This document shows, one piece after another, positions 38,624 through 49,144 of a DNA stretch of 64,000 bases. Below the pieces are notes generated by a model. The model was not told where the DNA came from and made no database searches. It was given only the letters and a program-made list of their open reading frames with translations. Origin of the DNA: an uncultured delta proteobacterium (GTDB lineage Bacteria; Myxococcota_A; Polyangia; Polyangiales; Polyangiaceae); contig CAVOKF010000004.1 of the NCBI GenBank assembly GCA_963696385.1, positions 384,001 to 448,000 on the forward strand, in the 5' to 3' direction. Every line of letters starts with the position of its first letter. The first letter of the stretch is position 1. The translations under genes were made by a program, and so were the position numbers.

Positions 38624-41620
38624 TTAGCGACGGACGGGTTCGCGACCCATTCGAAAGGAGAGTGTCCGATCGTCGCGCTGTACCGTCACGAGCACGTCGT
38701 CGGCCAGCGGACCGCTCAACCGCGCCCGCGCATCCTCGATGGAACCGACCGTCGCCCCGTCGACCGTCAGCAGGACGTCGCCGGGAACCACCCCGGCGCG
38801 CTCGGCCTCGCTCCCCTCGACCACGGACACGATGACGACCTCCGCGGGATTCCCTGTTTCCCCGAGAGTCACCGCCACGCTCGAGCCTTGGGGGGGCTCG
38901 TCGACGGCGGCGCCGGCGGCCGCCATGCCGAGCGTCAAGCGGATGCCTTCGTTCGATCGCCCGGCGACGAGGTTGACCGTTGCCCGAGTGCGGCCTGCCT
39001 CGGGCGCATAGGCTTCGAGCGTGACAGGGCCTTCGGGCAGCTCCCCGAGTCGGAACCGCCCGCGCGCGTCCGTGATTGCCAGTCCGTCGGGGGTCGACCC
39101 GACCCGCAGCCACGTTGGAGCGCCGTCGCGCGCCACGCGCGCCCCTGCCACCGGCTCGCCGCGAGCGTCGACGACGTCGCCTTCGGCGACGCACTCGGCG
39201 GCCATGGCGATTCGATCGATCTCGAACGGTCGACGCCCGCGGCTGTCCGGGATGGTGATCGCGTCGTGGTAGGGCGCGTACTGGCGGGCCGTGATGCGCA
39301 GTTGCGTGGCGCCGGCGGCCAGGTCGGTCAGCGCGAACGCACCTCGCGCATCGGTGCGGGCGTGGCGCGCTCCGAGATCCGTGTACAAGGTCACGTCGGC
39401 ACCGCCGATCGGCTCGCCTTCGCGAGCGGTCACGACCTGTCCAGCGGCCGATTCGGCCGCAGCCAGCTCGACGCGCAACGCATCGGTGCTCGCATCGGTG
39501 ACCCAGACGCGCGGCGCGTGCGAGGGTGCCCGAATCTCGATCCGCAGCGGCACCCCGTGAGCGCGCTTCAGCTGTGCCTCGCCGTCGGCTCCCGTGAATA
39601 CGGTCGTGCGCAACAGCGAGTCGGTCGAAAGAGAGCTTGCGGTGATCTGCGCCGTGGCGATCGGCCAGCCTCTGTCGTCCACCACCGTGACCGGAAGCGG
39701 GCCGCGCTCTTCGGGCAAGTGGAGGGTCACTTCCTGGCGTCCCCCCTCCGGCACCGAGACATGCAACCGCACCTCCGGCTGGTCGTCGTCCCCTGCGCTT
39801 GCGCCGAGGCTCAGTGCCTCCGGAACGTCGGCGAAGGAGAAGGTTCCGTCGCTTGCCGTTCGGGTGGTCCGGTCGAGCGCCGTGCGCATGGCCGAAATGA
39901 CGACGCGGGCCCCCTGCACGGGACGATCGTGCGCGTCGAGCACTTGCCCTTCGAGCGATCCCCCCTCGTGGAGTACGACCTCGACGTGCGATTCGCCGCC
40001 CGGGACGAGCCCGACGATGTCGCTTTCGGACTCGACGAATTCCGGATGATGCACGATCGCACGGATGCGGCCCGGCGAAGCCGGCGTCGCGCGGAACGTT
40101 CCGTCGTAGCGCGTGACCCACGGCTCGCTGTCGACGCGGTCCACCGGTGAGCCCCACCTCGTTGCGCCCGATGGGCTCGCGACCGGGACCGGAGGAACCG
40201 GCCCGGGCACGACGCCGAGCTCGCCGGCAGCGACGAAGGGTGCGGGCCCCGCCAGCATCGAAGCGAATTGAGCTGCCTGGAAGCGTGCGCGCCGGGGATC
40301 ATCGAAGATGGGGTCCCCGTTCATGTCCGTTCCGACCAGCTCGATCGTGGCGCCCGCGACGGGAACTCCGCGGGTGTCGACGACGCGCCCAGTCAATACA
40401 CCCGCGCGAACGAGCGCGACCCGCGTCTCGAGCGGAGGCGGATCGGCCACGAGGACCGCCCCACGCCCGACGAACCCTTTGGCTTGTGCCCCGATCGTGG
40501 TCGTACCGGGCGCTACGGGACCGAGGCGCGCACGTCCGTGTGCATCGGTGGTCGCCTCGAGGGGGAAGGGCGACAGCCCGCCCTCGGCGAGCAGCACACG
40601 CGCTGCGGCGATGGGGGCCGCGTCGTCGCCCTCGCCATCGGTGACGCGCACGCCGACGAATCGTCCCGGCCCCAGACGAAGCTCGACACTCTTTTCCTCG
40701 CCGCGTTCGAGGCTGATGCCGAGCTCGATCGGCGACGCGGACTGCTCTCGGGTCGCCCGCAGCGCGTAGATGCCGGCCACGAGTCCAGCGATCCGCACGT
40801 TGCCTTGCGCATCGGTTCCCGCGGCGCGCGGTGGCCAGAGTGTCGCGCCGGCGACCGAGACGCGCGCATCGGCTGCGGCGCGGCCGCCCTCGGCCAGCAC
40901 GTGGACGTCGAGCGCTCCCAGCCGACGCAGCGTGATCGTGACGACCTCGGCGTCGCGCTCGGCCCGCCCCGGCATCTCCTCGTAGCCGCCGGCTCGGGCC
41001 GTCACACGCCAAGGCCCGGGTCCGAGTCGTTGCATGTGCGCGACCCCATCGGCGCCCGTTTGGGCTCCGACCGGCAAGGGGTCGCTGCTTGCGACGGCTT
41101 CGACCTCGCCGCCGGAGACGGGAGCGCCGAGCTCATCGCGCACGAGGACATCGAACGCGTGGCCGGGGCCGAGCTCGAGCACGATCGTGCGCGGCGCGGC
41201 GTCAACGATGAGGTGGGACGAACCGCGCGCGTATCCGGCCGCATCCGCGAGCAGCCAGAGCTCGCCTCGCGGCAGACGGGCCATCCGCGCCCGCCCCACG
41301 TCGTCGGTGGATCCTCGATCGGCCAAGTAGGCTTGCTCGTCGATGATGGCCAGTGCGCGGACGCGAGCACCGGCGAGCGCGAGGCCTCCCTCGGCGGCGC
41401 GGACCGTAACGTCGATGGCCCCGTCGCGACCGGTGATTTCGCTGGGAACGGGCGCTCCGTCCGACGCGTCGCCGATCGAGCGAAGGCGCGAGCCGGGGAT
41501 TCCGCCGGTCGCCAGGCAGACCGCGACGCCGAGTGCGACTGCGCCGAGGGTGCGGATGACACCGGCCAGGCCGCGTGCGGACCCATACGACGCGCGAGTG
41601 TGGGATGCGGGGTGTCGCAT
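38624..41620 (-). CDS. carboxypeptidase-regulatory-like repeat protein with C-terminal PDZ domain
   Basis: Repeated G.V.D..G.PV.GA.V...TD..G.F units; C-terminal VVEGSEAERAGVVPGDVLLTVDG. Confidence 0.85.
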   Translation of the reverse strand: MRHPASHTRASYGSARGLAGVIRTLGAVALGVAVCLATGGIPGSRLRSIGDASDGAPVPSEITGRDGAIDVTVRAAEGGLALAGARVRALAIIDEQAYLADRGSTDDVGRARMARLPRGELWLLADAAGYARGSSHLIVDAAPRTIVLELGPGHAFDVLVRDELGAPVSGGEVEAVASSDPLPVGAQTGADGVAHMQRLGPGPWRVTARAGGYEEMPGRAERDAEVVTITLRRLGALDVHVLAEGGRAAADARVSVAGATLWPPRAAGTDAQGNVRIAGLVAGIYALRATREQSASPIELGISLERGEEKSVELRLGPGRFVGVRVTDGEGDDAAPIAAARVLLAEGGLSPFPLEATTDAHGRARLGPVAPGTTTIGAQAKGFVGRGAVLVADPPPLETRVALVRAGVLTGRVVDTRGVPVAGATIELVGTDMNGDPIFDDPRRARFQAAQFASMLAGPAPFVAAGELGVVPGPVPPVPVASPSGATRWGSPVDRVDSEPWVTRYDGTFRATPASPGRIRAIVHHPEFVESESDIVGLVPGGESHVEVVLHEGGSLEGQVLDAHDRPVQGARVVISAMRTALDRTTRTASDGTFSFADVPEALSLGASAGDDDQPEVRLHVSVPEGGRQEVTLHLPEERGPLPVTVVDDRGWPIATAQITASSLSTDSLLRTTVFTGADGEAQLKRAHGVPLRIEIRAPSHAPRVWVTDASTDALRVELAAAESAAGQVVTAREGEPIGGADVTLYTDLGARHARTDARGAFALTDLAAGATQLRITARQYAPYHDAITIPDSRGRRPFEIDRIAMAAECVAEGDVVDARGEPVAGARVARDGAPTWLRVGSTPDGLAITDARGRFRLGELPEGPVTLEAYAPEAGRTRATVNLVAGRSNEGIRLTLGMAAAGAAVDEPPQGSSVAVTLGETGNPAEVVIVSVVEGSEAERAGVVPGDVLLTVDGATVGSIEDARARLSGPLADDVLVTVQRDDRTLSFRMGREPVRR

Positions 41621-41651
41621 CGGAAGCCATCCACACTGCTACCATGCTGGG

Positions 41652-42878
41652 GTGACCGGCTATCGTCGCCTTTCACGTCGCGCCCTCGCCGTCGCGTGGA
41701 TCGGTTGCCTGTTTGTTGTCCTGCCTACGGCTTGCGGCGAGCAAGAGTCCGAGTTCCCGCTGCTTGAGAACTTGGGCTCCGGGTACGCGGAACCGGACGC
41801 CGCGGCGCTCGACCTGCAGCCCGCCGAAGCGGCCACGCCCACATGCGACTTAGGCCCCAACGGTGGAGTCTGCGCATGTGTCGACGAACCCATCGTCGTC
41901 GACCCGCCCAACGTCTATTTCGTGCTCGACCGTTCGGGGAGCATGGCCGAGGACAACAAGTGGCCGACAATCATCAGCGTCATCGGCGAAATCGTCATCG
42001 CGCTCGGGCCTCGAGCCGTCATCGGCGCCGCGGTGTTTCCCGATCCCTACTTGGCCGCCAACCAGCCGGTCGACTTGCCTACGGCCTGCGAAGCCGGAAT
42101 CGAAGTGTTTGCCCCGCGCCAGGGCAACGCACCGGCCGGAACGCCAGGTGCGACCGCGCTCGCGTTCCTCAGCGCGCTCGGTCACATCGGAGCCGACGGA
42201 GGGACGCCAACGGCGGCGACGCTCGTGGCACTCGAGCCCCGCCTGCGGTCTTTGCCGGGCAAGACGTTCGTCGTTCTCGCAACCGATGGCGGTCCCAATT
42301 GCGATGAGTCGCTCACGTGTGGCATCGCTCAGTGTCAGCCGAACATCGACGGCGACTGTCCGGTGGCTCCGAGTAGCTGCTGCACCGACGGCTCCTCGGT
42401 GGCCAATCAACGGATCGCCAACCTGTCGTGCCTGGATTCCGCGGCGACCCTCGGCGCCGTTCAGACGCTGGCCAACGACGGCATTCCCGTGTACGTCGTC
42501 GGCGTGCCCGGCAGCGAGGTGTATGCCGATCTTCTGGATCAGCTCGCCCAGGCGGGAGGCACTGCGCGCGCCGGTGACGAGGCCGGCACCCAGTACTACG
42601 CCGTAAGCACGGCGGATCAAGCCGCGTTCGCGGCGACCTTGTCCAAAGTGGCGGCGGCGATCACGGGCAGCTGCACGCTGCAGCTGAACGAGGCTCCGGT
42701 CGACCCCACGCTGGTCAACGTATTTTTCGACGAGCAGCCGGTTCCGCAGCCCGGTCCCGATGGCTGGACGCTGACCGGCGCAACCGTGACGATCCTCGGT
42801 GCGAGCTGCCAGAAGATCGCCGATGGCGACGTGCTGGACGTTCGCGTCGTCGTGGGCTGCCCAACGGCCCTTCGCTGA
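41652..42878 (+). CDS. VWA-domain Cys-rich lipoprotein (CglB/adhesin-like)
   Basis: Lipobox PTAC; MIDAS DRSGS, TPT, ATDG; many Cys. Confidence 0.8.
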   Translation: MTGYRRLSRRALAVAWIGCLFVVLPTACGEQESEFPLLENLGSGYAEPDAAALDLQPAEAATPTCDLGPNGGVCACVDEPIVVDPPNVYFVLDRSGSMAEDNKWPTIISVIGEIVIALGPRAVIGAAVFPDPYLAANQPVDLPTACEAGIEVFAPRQGNAPAGTPGATALAFLSALGHIGADGGTPTAATLVALEPRLRSLPGKTFVVLATDGGPNCDESLTCGIAQCQPNIDGDCPVAPSSCCTDGSSVANQRIANLSCLDSAATLGAVQTLANDGIPVYVVGVPGSEVYADLLDQLAQAGGTARAGDEAGTQYYAVSTADQAAFAATLSKVAAAITGSCTLQLNEAPVDPTLVNVFFDEQPVPQPGPDGWTLTGATVTILGASCQKIADGDVLDVRVVVGCPTALR

Positions 42879-42985
42879 CGATCCGGGTTACGGCCCATCG
42901 CGATCCCCGATGTCGCGCAGTCTTGCCGGCCCCTTCCTGAAGTCGGCCGGAGGCGACAGGGGCGGCTCGAATCCCCACGGTCCGT

Positions 42986-44128
42986 TCAGTGCAGCGTGTA
43001 CCAGCGTCCCTCGTGCTCGACGACGGGGACCGAGGGCACGCGCGCCACGTGCGTCGCCTCATTTGCCGGCTCGATGGCGGGGGCCTTCGGGTCCACCAAG
43101 GACACGCGGGCTTCGGCCAACGCCTCTTCGCGAGCCCACTGCGCCAGCTTGGCCTTCGCCTGTTTGCGTTTGGTCGCCCACGCCGCGATCGACAGCGCCG
43201 CGATCAGAGCCCAAAGGACGCCGCCGCCGGTCAGCGCCGGCACCCAGCCGAAGCGACGTCCGACGTCCTCACGCCATTGGTATTCGAGCGTGCGCACGTC
43301 GGTGCCGTAGGCGTCCTCGAGCGCTCTGTCGAACGCGATGCCCGCTCGGAGCCGCTGAATGAGCGAACCGAAGCGTGCCCGATCGGCGTCTCGCATCAAG
43401 AAGCGGACGACGTCGGCCGATTCCGCGTACGCGACGCTCACCTCGGCGCAATCGTTCGGGAACGCGCGGTCGAGCTCGGGCAGGGGGATCAATCGCCTCG
43501 AAAGGGAAGCGTTCCAGAGCTCGGTCCAACGCTTCAGGTAAAGCTCGCCCGACGCGTGAATGGCGACCCCTTCGTCGAACCAGCGTGGCACGTCGTGGTT
43601 GGCCACCGCGTCCGCGAGAGCCACGTGCGTCAGCTCGTGTTTGAGGACCTCCGACAAGTCGGGCGCTTCCCACGTGTCGGGAGCCTGCAGCGTGAGCACG
43701 ATGAGGTGCAGGGACGGGTACGCGACACCGGCGGCGTAGGCGGGGGGAGGGGCTCCGCGCGGCGCGAGTTCGACCATCTGTTCCGGACTTCGTGCCACGC
43801 GGACCCGTACCCGCTCCAGCAGCGGTCCACCGAGATCCTCGGCGAGTTGCGCCCGCAGGTCGTCGGCGTCGCGCAGCAAGGAGTCGACGCGTGACCGCAC
43901 GCTCATCGGAAACTCGACCACCAACCAGCCATGGTCGAGCCGCCGGAAATCACGCGGTAGGTCGGGCAGCGTTGCGGTGGCCGGTTGAGAGACCATGCCT
44001 ACGTCGCGCGCGTGCGGCAGCTCGCTTTCCGGATCGGTCGAGGCGCCTGCCCGGACGGCCCAGAACACCACCAGAGACGCGAGCGCCAGGAGGAACGAAT
44101 GGACCTCGACCCATCGCCGTCGGTTCAT
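42986..44128 (-). CDS. peptidase MA-family metallohydrolase, membrane-anchored
   Basis: HELTH...PRWFDEG, AYAES; C-terminal TM. Confidence 0.85.
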   Translation of the reverse strand: MNRRRWVEVHSFLLALASLVVFWAVRAGASTDPESELPHARDVGMVSQPATATLPDLPRDFRRLDHGWLVVEFPMSVRSRVDSLLRDADDLRAQLAEDLGGPLLERVRVRVARSPEQMVELAPRGAPPPAYAAGVAYPSLHLIVLTLQAPDTWEAPDLSEVLKHELTHVALADAVANHDVPRWFDEGVAIHASGELYLKRWTELWNASLSRRLIPLPELDRAFPNDCAEVSVAYAESADVVRFLMRDADRARFGSLIQRLRAGIAFDRALEDAYGTDVRTLEYQWREDVGRRFGWVPALTGGGVLWALIAALSIAAWATKRKQAKAKLAQWAREEALAEARVSLVDPKAPAIEPANEATHVARVPSVPVVEHEGRWYTLH

Positions 44129-44859
44129 GGATGCGGCACCTGCACCACAAGATGGATCGTGGGAGAGCCGCTGTCTCGCGTCACGAGGTAGGTCACTCCG
44201 GCGGCCGCGGCGGCGAGCGCCACCGCGCCCCAGAACCAGGGAGACGAGTAAAAAGGCCGGCCCCCTCGCCCATCGGCGGGCGGCATCTCGTGCGTCGCCA
44301 GCGCGGGCGCCGCCGCCGGAGCGGACCCCAAGGTGCGGGCCAGTGAGCGGGCCGCGGCCGACCATGACACCGGTAGCCGGCCGGCGTCGGGGACGTACGT
44401 TGCTGCGTCGAACGCTCCGAGGTCGGCCAGAAACACGTGCGCGACAGGGTGACCGCCGTCGACTCGGACGAGAACGAGCGCGCGCAAACCGAAGCGATGC
44501 GCGAGCGCGCCCAGCAGTGCCCGCGATGGAGCATCGTCGCCTCGAACCGCTGCGATCGTATCGGCAATGTCGCGCTCATCGGCCGAGGCGCCCGGGGCGG
44601 GCGGCTCGCCGCACAAGATTCGCGCATAAGCTTCGTCGAGTGTGCGGGCCCGAAGCGACGCATCGCCGTAAATCGCTTGCGCGAGCGGCCAGGCTGCATC
44701 GGTCGCTGCCGAGAGCGCGACCACCGCGACGCCTTCGCCGGGGGCGGCAGGCTGAATCGTCGACGGCACCGCGCTGGCGGCGGGGGGGCTCGCCCAGGCG
44801 GACCCTGCAAACACCGTGGCGACAACCAGGACGCACAAGGCGCAGCAAACGTGCTTCAT
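44125..44859 (-). CDS. hypothetical exported protein with C-terminal TM
   Basis: ATGA overlap at its stop; start overlaps the upstream stop; signal peptide; PFYSSPWFWG+TM. Confidence 0.7.
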   Translation of the reverse strand: MKHVCCALCVLVVATVFAGSAWASPPAASAVPSTIQPAAPGEGVAVVALSAATDAAWPLAQAIYGDASLRARTLDEAYARILCGEPPAPGASADERDIADTIAAVRGDDAPSRALLGALAHRFGLRALVLVRVDGGHPVAHVFLADLGAFDAATYVPDAGRLPVSWSAAARSLARTLGSAPAAAPALATHEMPPADGRGGRPFYSSPWFWGAVALAAAAAGVTYLVTRDSGSPTIHLVVQVPHP

Positions 44860-45668
44860 TCGGAAGCCTCCGGGACCCAGCGTGCGGCCGCGGAGAATGC
44901 CGGCGCGTGCTCGTCGATCGCGTGGCGCAAGGTGGCGTCGCGCAGCGCCGTGACTCCAAGTACCGCGATGACGATGGCAACCGGGGGTCCCGAGAGCGCC
45001 AAGGGCCGGCGCAATGCGAACGATGGCTGAGCCGCAAACCCGGCGGCGAGCGCGAAAGCGAGGACGTCGACGACAATCGCCGCCGCGCTCGCGGATGCCG
45101 GATCGTGGGCCGTTGCGCGCATGAATTGCACTCCGACCCAACCGACGGCCGCCGCCATGGCCGTGCCGAGGGCCATCGCCATGACTCGGCGCATTGTGGG
45201 CGACGCCGCGCGCAGGATCGCGACGAAGCGGGCGCATAGCACGGCCGAGCCGACTGCAAGCGCGAGCGCGCCGAATGCGAACGTCACACCCGCGAGCGCG
45301 TGATGGTGGGTGGTCGCACGCAGGACGCTGCCGAAGACCGAGAACGTGACGAGCAGCGATGCGAGCCAAAGCGCCAGCCCGAACGCCCGCACCTCCACTC
45401 CCAGCCCCGCAAACGCGCGCAGTCCTTCCCGAGCCCCCCGGAGCACGAGTATCGACGCTACCATCGGTCCGAGCGCGGCCGCCGCGAGAGCCACCGCGAC
45501 GCGCATCTCGCTCTCGTCCGGGCCGATGGCCGCGCACACGCGCAGCGTAGCCGGCAGAACGCAAACGAGAGTGGCGAACGCTCCGAGGCCAATGGCCGTG
45601 CCCAAACGCACGGAACGCGACCCGGTCCGCTCGGGGACTCCGGGTGGGATCGACATGGAAATGGGCAT
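44856..45668 (-). CDS. multi-pass membrane protein
   Basis: About 7 hydrophobic segments; translationally coupled to the next gene. Confidence 0.7.
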   Translation of the reverse strand: MPISMSIPPGVPERTGSRSVRLGTAIGLGAFATLVCVLPATLRVCAAIGPDESEMRVAVALAAAALGPMVASILVLRGAREGLRAFAGLGVEVRAFGLALWLASLLVTFSVFGSVLRATTHHHALAGVTFAFGALALAVGSAVLCARFVAILRAASPTMRRVMAMALGTAMAAAVGWVGVQFMRATAHDPASASAAAIVVDVLAFALAAGFAAQPSFALRRPLALSGPPVAIVIAVLGVTALRDATLRHAIDEHAPAFSAAARWVPEASE

Positions 45669-45777
45669 GCCTCGGACCGAGGCAATGTAGCAACGCTTCA
45701 AAAGTCATTCGGTGAGAAGTGGTAGCGCTCTGCCGTGCTGGCCAGCGGCGAGCGCTTCGTGCTACGGGCGACAGGCC

Positions 45778-48700
45778 ATGTCGAGCCGTACGTCCGAGGG
45801 GAGGGACAGCGAGACAGGGCGGCTCGGCAGTGCTCGCGCCGACTTCGTTGCGTCGCTCGGGCGTAAGGTCGCCGACGCCCGCGACCTTTTGTCCGCCATC
45901 GAGGACGACCCGACCTCCAAGGTCATCCGGGACGAACTGCGCCGGCGGCTGCACGCCCTCGGGTCCGGCGCGCGCCTGTTGCGTTTCGAAGCGATGGCGC
46001 GTGCTCTCCAGCAGGCTCTCGTCGTGCTCGAGCAGGCGGCGCACGCCGGTTGCCTCCGCGAGGCGGAGGTCGCCTTCGTCGGTCAGACCCTCGATTCATT
46101 GCGGGGGCTCGCGTGGGGGGATGCGGCTCCGCGGCAAGCGCCGGCCCACGCCCACGACGATTCGGACGAGGCGCCCGGTCATCCGCCGATCACGGTGCTG
46201 GTCGTCGGCGGCGAAGATTTGGCCGAGGCCCTCATGGACGACGGCATCGCGCGCATCCGCGCGTTCGAGTGCGAGCGAACCGCGGATCTCGACACGGCAC
46301 TGCAGCTGGCGCGGGCGTATGCCCCGGATCTCGTTCTGGTGGACGCGGACCTGGCCCGGGCGACCGACCTGGTCGCGGCGCTGCTCGACGACCCGCTGAC
46401 CGAGCCCGTGCCGATCATCGTCGTCGGCACCTTTCGGATGGCGGACGATGCGGCTCGCTTCGTCGCGCTGGGCGTCGCCGAGATCGCTCGGCAAGCCGGT
46501 TACCCCCGAGCTCATTCGCGCAACCTGCGACGAGATTCTCGACTCGCGCGAAGGCCGAACCTTGCGGGTGACCCTCGGGGAGCCCACGCTCGAGCAGCTC
46601 GCCGACCGTCTGGCCGACGAGTTGAAGCGTGCGCTCGTCGACAGCGTCGACCGGTCGGCGCGCTCGCTGCGCGTTCCGCTGGGCGAGGGAACGGAAGTGC
46701 TCGGTGCGCTCTGGGGCGCGATTGCTCGCATTCAGGAAATCGTGGCTCAGCGAACGGGGGGGGCCATTCAATTCGACGGGGGCGCACCGGAGGGGTCGAT
46801 CGCGGTCGCGCCCTGGCTGCATCACGAGACGCCCTCCAATCGGCGGACCGGTCGCGGGCGCGGCGCCGCAGCCGACGTGCGGCTCAAGGGCCGGCGCGTC
46901 GTCGTAGCGGACGACGACCCGGGCGTCACTTGGTTCATTTCCGATCTGCTTCGCACGGCGGGCTGCGAAGTTCACGAGGCGCTCGACGGCCGGACGGCGC
47001 TCGACATCGCGTTTCGCGTCCAGCCCGAGCTCGTCGTGAGCGACATCTTGATGCCTGGGCTCGACGGGTTCGCGTTGAGCCGCGCCATTCGCCGTGACGT
47101 CGCGTTGCGCGACACACCGGTGATCCTTCTGTCGTGGAAAGAGGACCTCTTGCAGCGCGTGCGCGAACTCGGCGCCAGTGCGGCCGCCTACATGCGCAAG
47201 GAGAGCGACTCGCGCGCCGTTCTCGCTCGAGTTCGCGAAGTTCTTCGCCCTCGCGCGCGCATCGAGATGAGACTGCGGGGAGAAGGCGAAGCCCGAGGTC
47301 GGCTGGACGGGCTTTCGCCGCGCCTTCTGCTCGACCTCGTGTGCGTCGTGCGCAAGGACGCCCGCGTCTCGGTCCGTGACGCGATGTTCGTGTACGAGAT
47401 CGACATCCGTGGGGGAGCGCCTCGCAAAATCACGCGTACGGCCAGCGATGGCAGCTACCAGAGCGGCGAACGAGCCCTCGCGAGCCTCCTCGGGGTCGGT
47501 TCCGGGCGTTTCGCCGTCGCCACCACCCACGACCCCATCCGAGGCGATCTGACCGGGAGCCTCGCCGAGCAACTCGCACGGCCGATCGCCGCCGCGCGCG
47601 GGGCCCTCGCGGCGACCACCGGGGCCACCACGATTCAAGTCGAGCGCATTACGATCGACGATGCCGTGCTCGGCGAATACTTGCGCGCGACGCCGGAGCC
47701 GGCGCGGGTCCTCATCCAACGCCTATCGTCGGGCGCTTCGCCCCGGCAGATGCTTCTTGCGGGGGACGCCTCGCCGGTGCTGCTCGAAGACGTTCTCGCC
47801 AATCTCGCCGCTCGCGGGGCCATCCGCAGCGTCGAGGGGTACGACGGCGCCGACTTGCTCACCCCGGCTGTCGACGAGGCGCTTGCCGTGCTTCGAGGTT
47901 CGGCCCGCAGGTTCACCCTCCCGCCGAATGCGCGCCCGAGCGCCCCCGTGCCCGTCGGCACCTTCGGACGAACGCCGGCCAGCCCCCCCCCGGCTCCCCG
48001 GGCGCCCGCGCCTGCCCCGCCCCCCACGCCCGTCCCTTCACCGTCCGGCTCGACGCTCGGGGTGCCGCCGGCCAATCCGTCTCCGTCGCCTTTGCCCTTT
48101 GCGCTCCATGCGGGGGTCACGTCGCCCGAGCCGCCGCCCGACCGGTCGGACGAAGACGCCGACGCGCCGTCGTCGCTCGAGGACGCCGTGATGCGCGAGA
48201 TCAGCGAACAATCGCCGGAGCCGGGGTTGGTTCATTCAGGCCCGGCGCTTCGTTCGATTGTCGAAGCGAGTGAGCTCCGTCCGCGTTCGTCGGATCCGCC
48301 CGCCAATCACGACGAAGAGGCCGATGTTCGGGCTCTTCCCTCCGTGCCGCCCGACGCCATCGTGCCCGAGACGAGCGCGGAATCGGCCGCGTCCTTCTCG
48401 GAATTCGGCTCGATCGAGCGCACCGCCAAAATGCCGATGCCGGTCGACCGCGAAGGGCGTTCGTCCGAAGAGCCGGCGTCGCCGTGGGCCGCCGAACATT
48501 CGAGCGCAGACCGCGAGACGGCAGAAGCGTACGTTGGGGCCTTTGCCGTCGCCGATGAGCCCGAAAGGAGCGATGTGCAAGCGACCGCGGCTGCGGAACA
48601 CGCCGCGCGGGTGGCCGCGCCAAAGGGCGATCCGCGGACCTCGCAGGCGCAAGGGGCATCCGTTCGGGCGGAGCCGTTGGGCATTGAGCCACGGGACCCC

Positions 48701-49144
48701 ATGGGCGTCGAGCCGAGAAGCCGACGGGCCAAGGTCGGGGGCTTCGTCCCGGCGCTCGTCGTATTGGGTGCCGCCGTCGCGGTCATTTTGTACGTCGACT
48801 CGCGCGAGGCCGAGCGGCCCCATTCGCACACCCCGGCGGTCACGGCTTCGGCGGCTCGAGCGATTCCAATCCCGACGGCATCGACTGGGCGGGATCCATC
48901 CGCGATCGACGATCTGCCTCTCGGCGGCGAAGTCCCCGCCGGTTACGGCTTCCTGGAGGCGTTTGTCCCCGCGGGGGCGCTCGTTCAAGTGGACGGTGCA
49001 CGCGCAGGCACCGGCCCGCAGATAGGAAGCCCGCTCAGCCCCGGATATCACGAACTCAGGGTCGAGCAGGCCGGTCGAACCTCCACTCAGGTGGTCGAGG
49101 TTCGGGCCGGCAAGACGACGCGGGTGCATGTGGCTTTGCCGTGA
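45778..49144 (+). CDS. Hpt-REC-REC-(DUF4388-like)-Pro linker-TM-PEGA signalling protein; +1 frameshift near 46480
   Basis: LHALGSGA (Hpt His); PDLVLVD; VVVADDD...VSDILMPGLDG; TM; C-terminal VQVDG...PGYHELRV. Confidence 0.75.

Noticed and set aside
42955..42985. GGCTCGAATCCCC resembling a tRNA T-loop
   Set aside because: No cloverleaf, acceptor stem or CCA could be built
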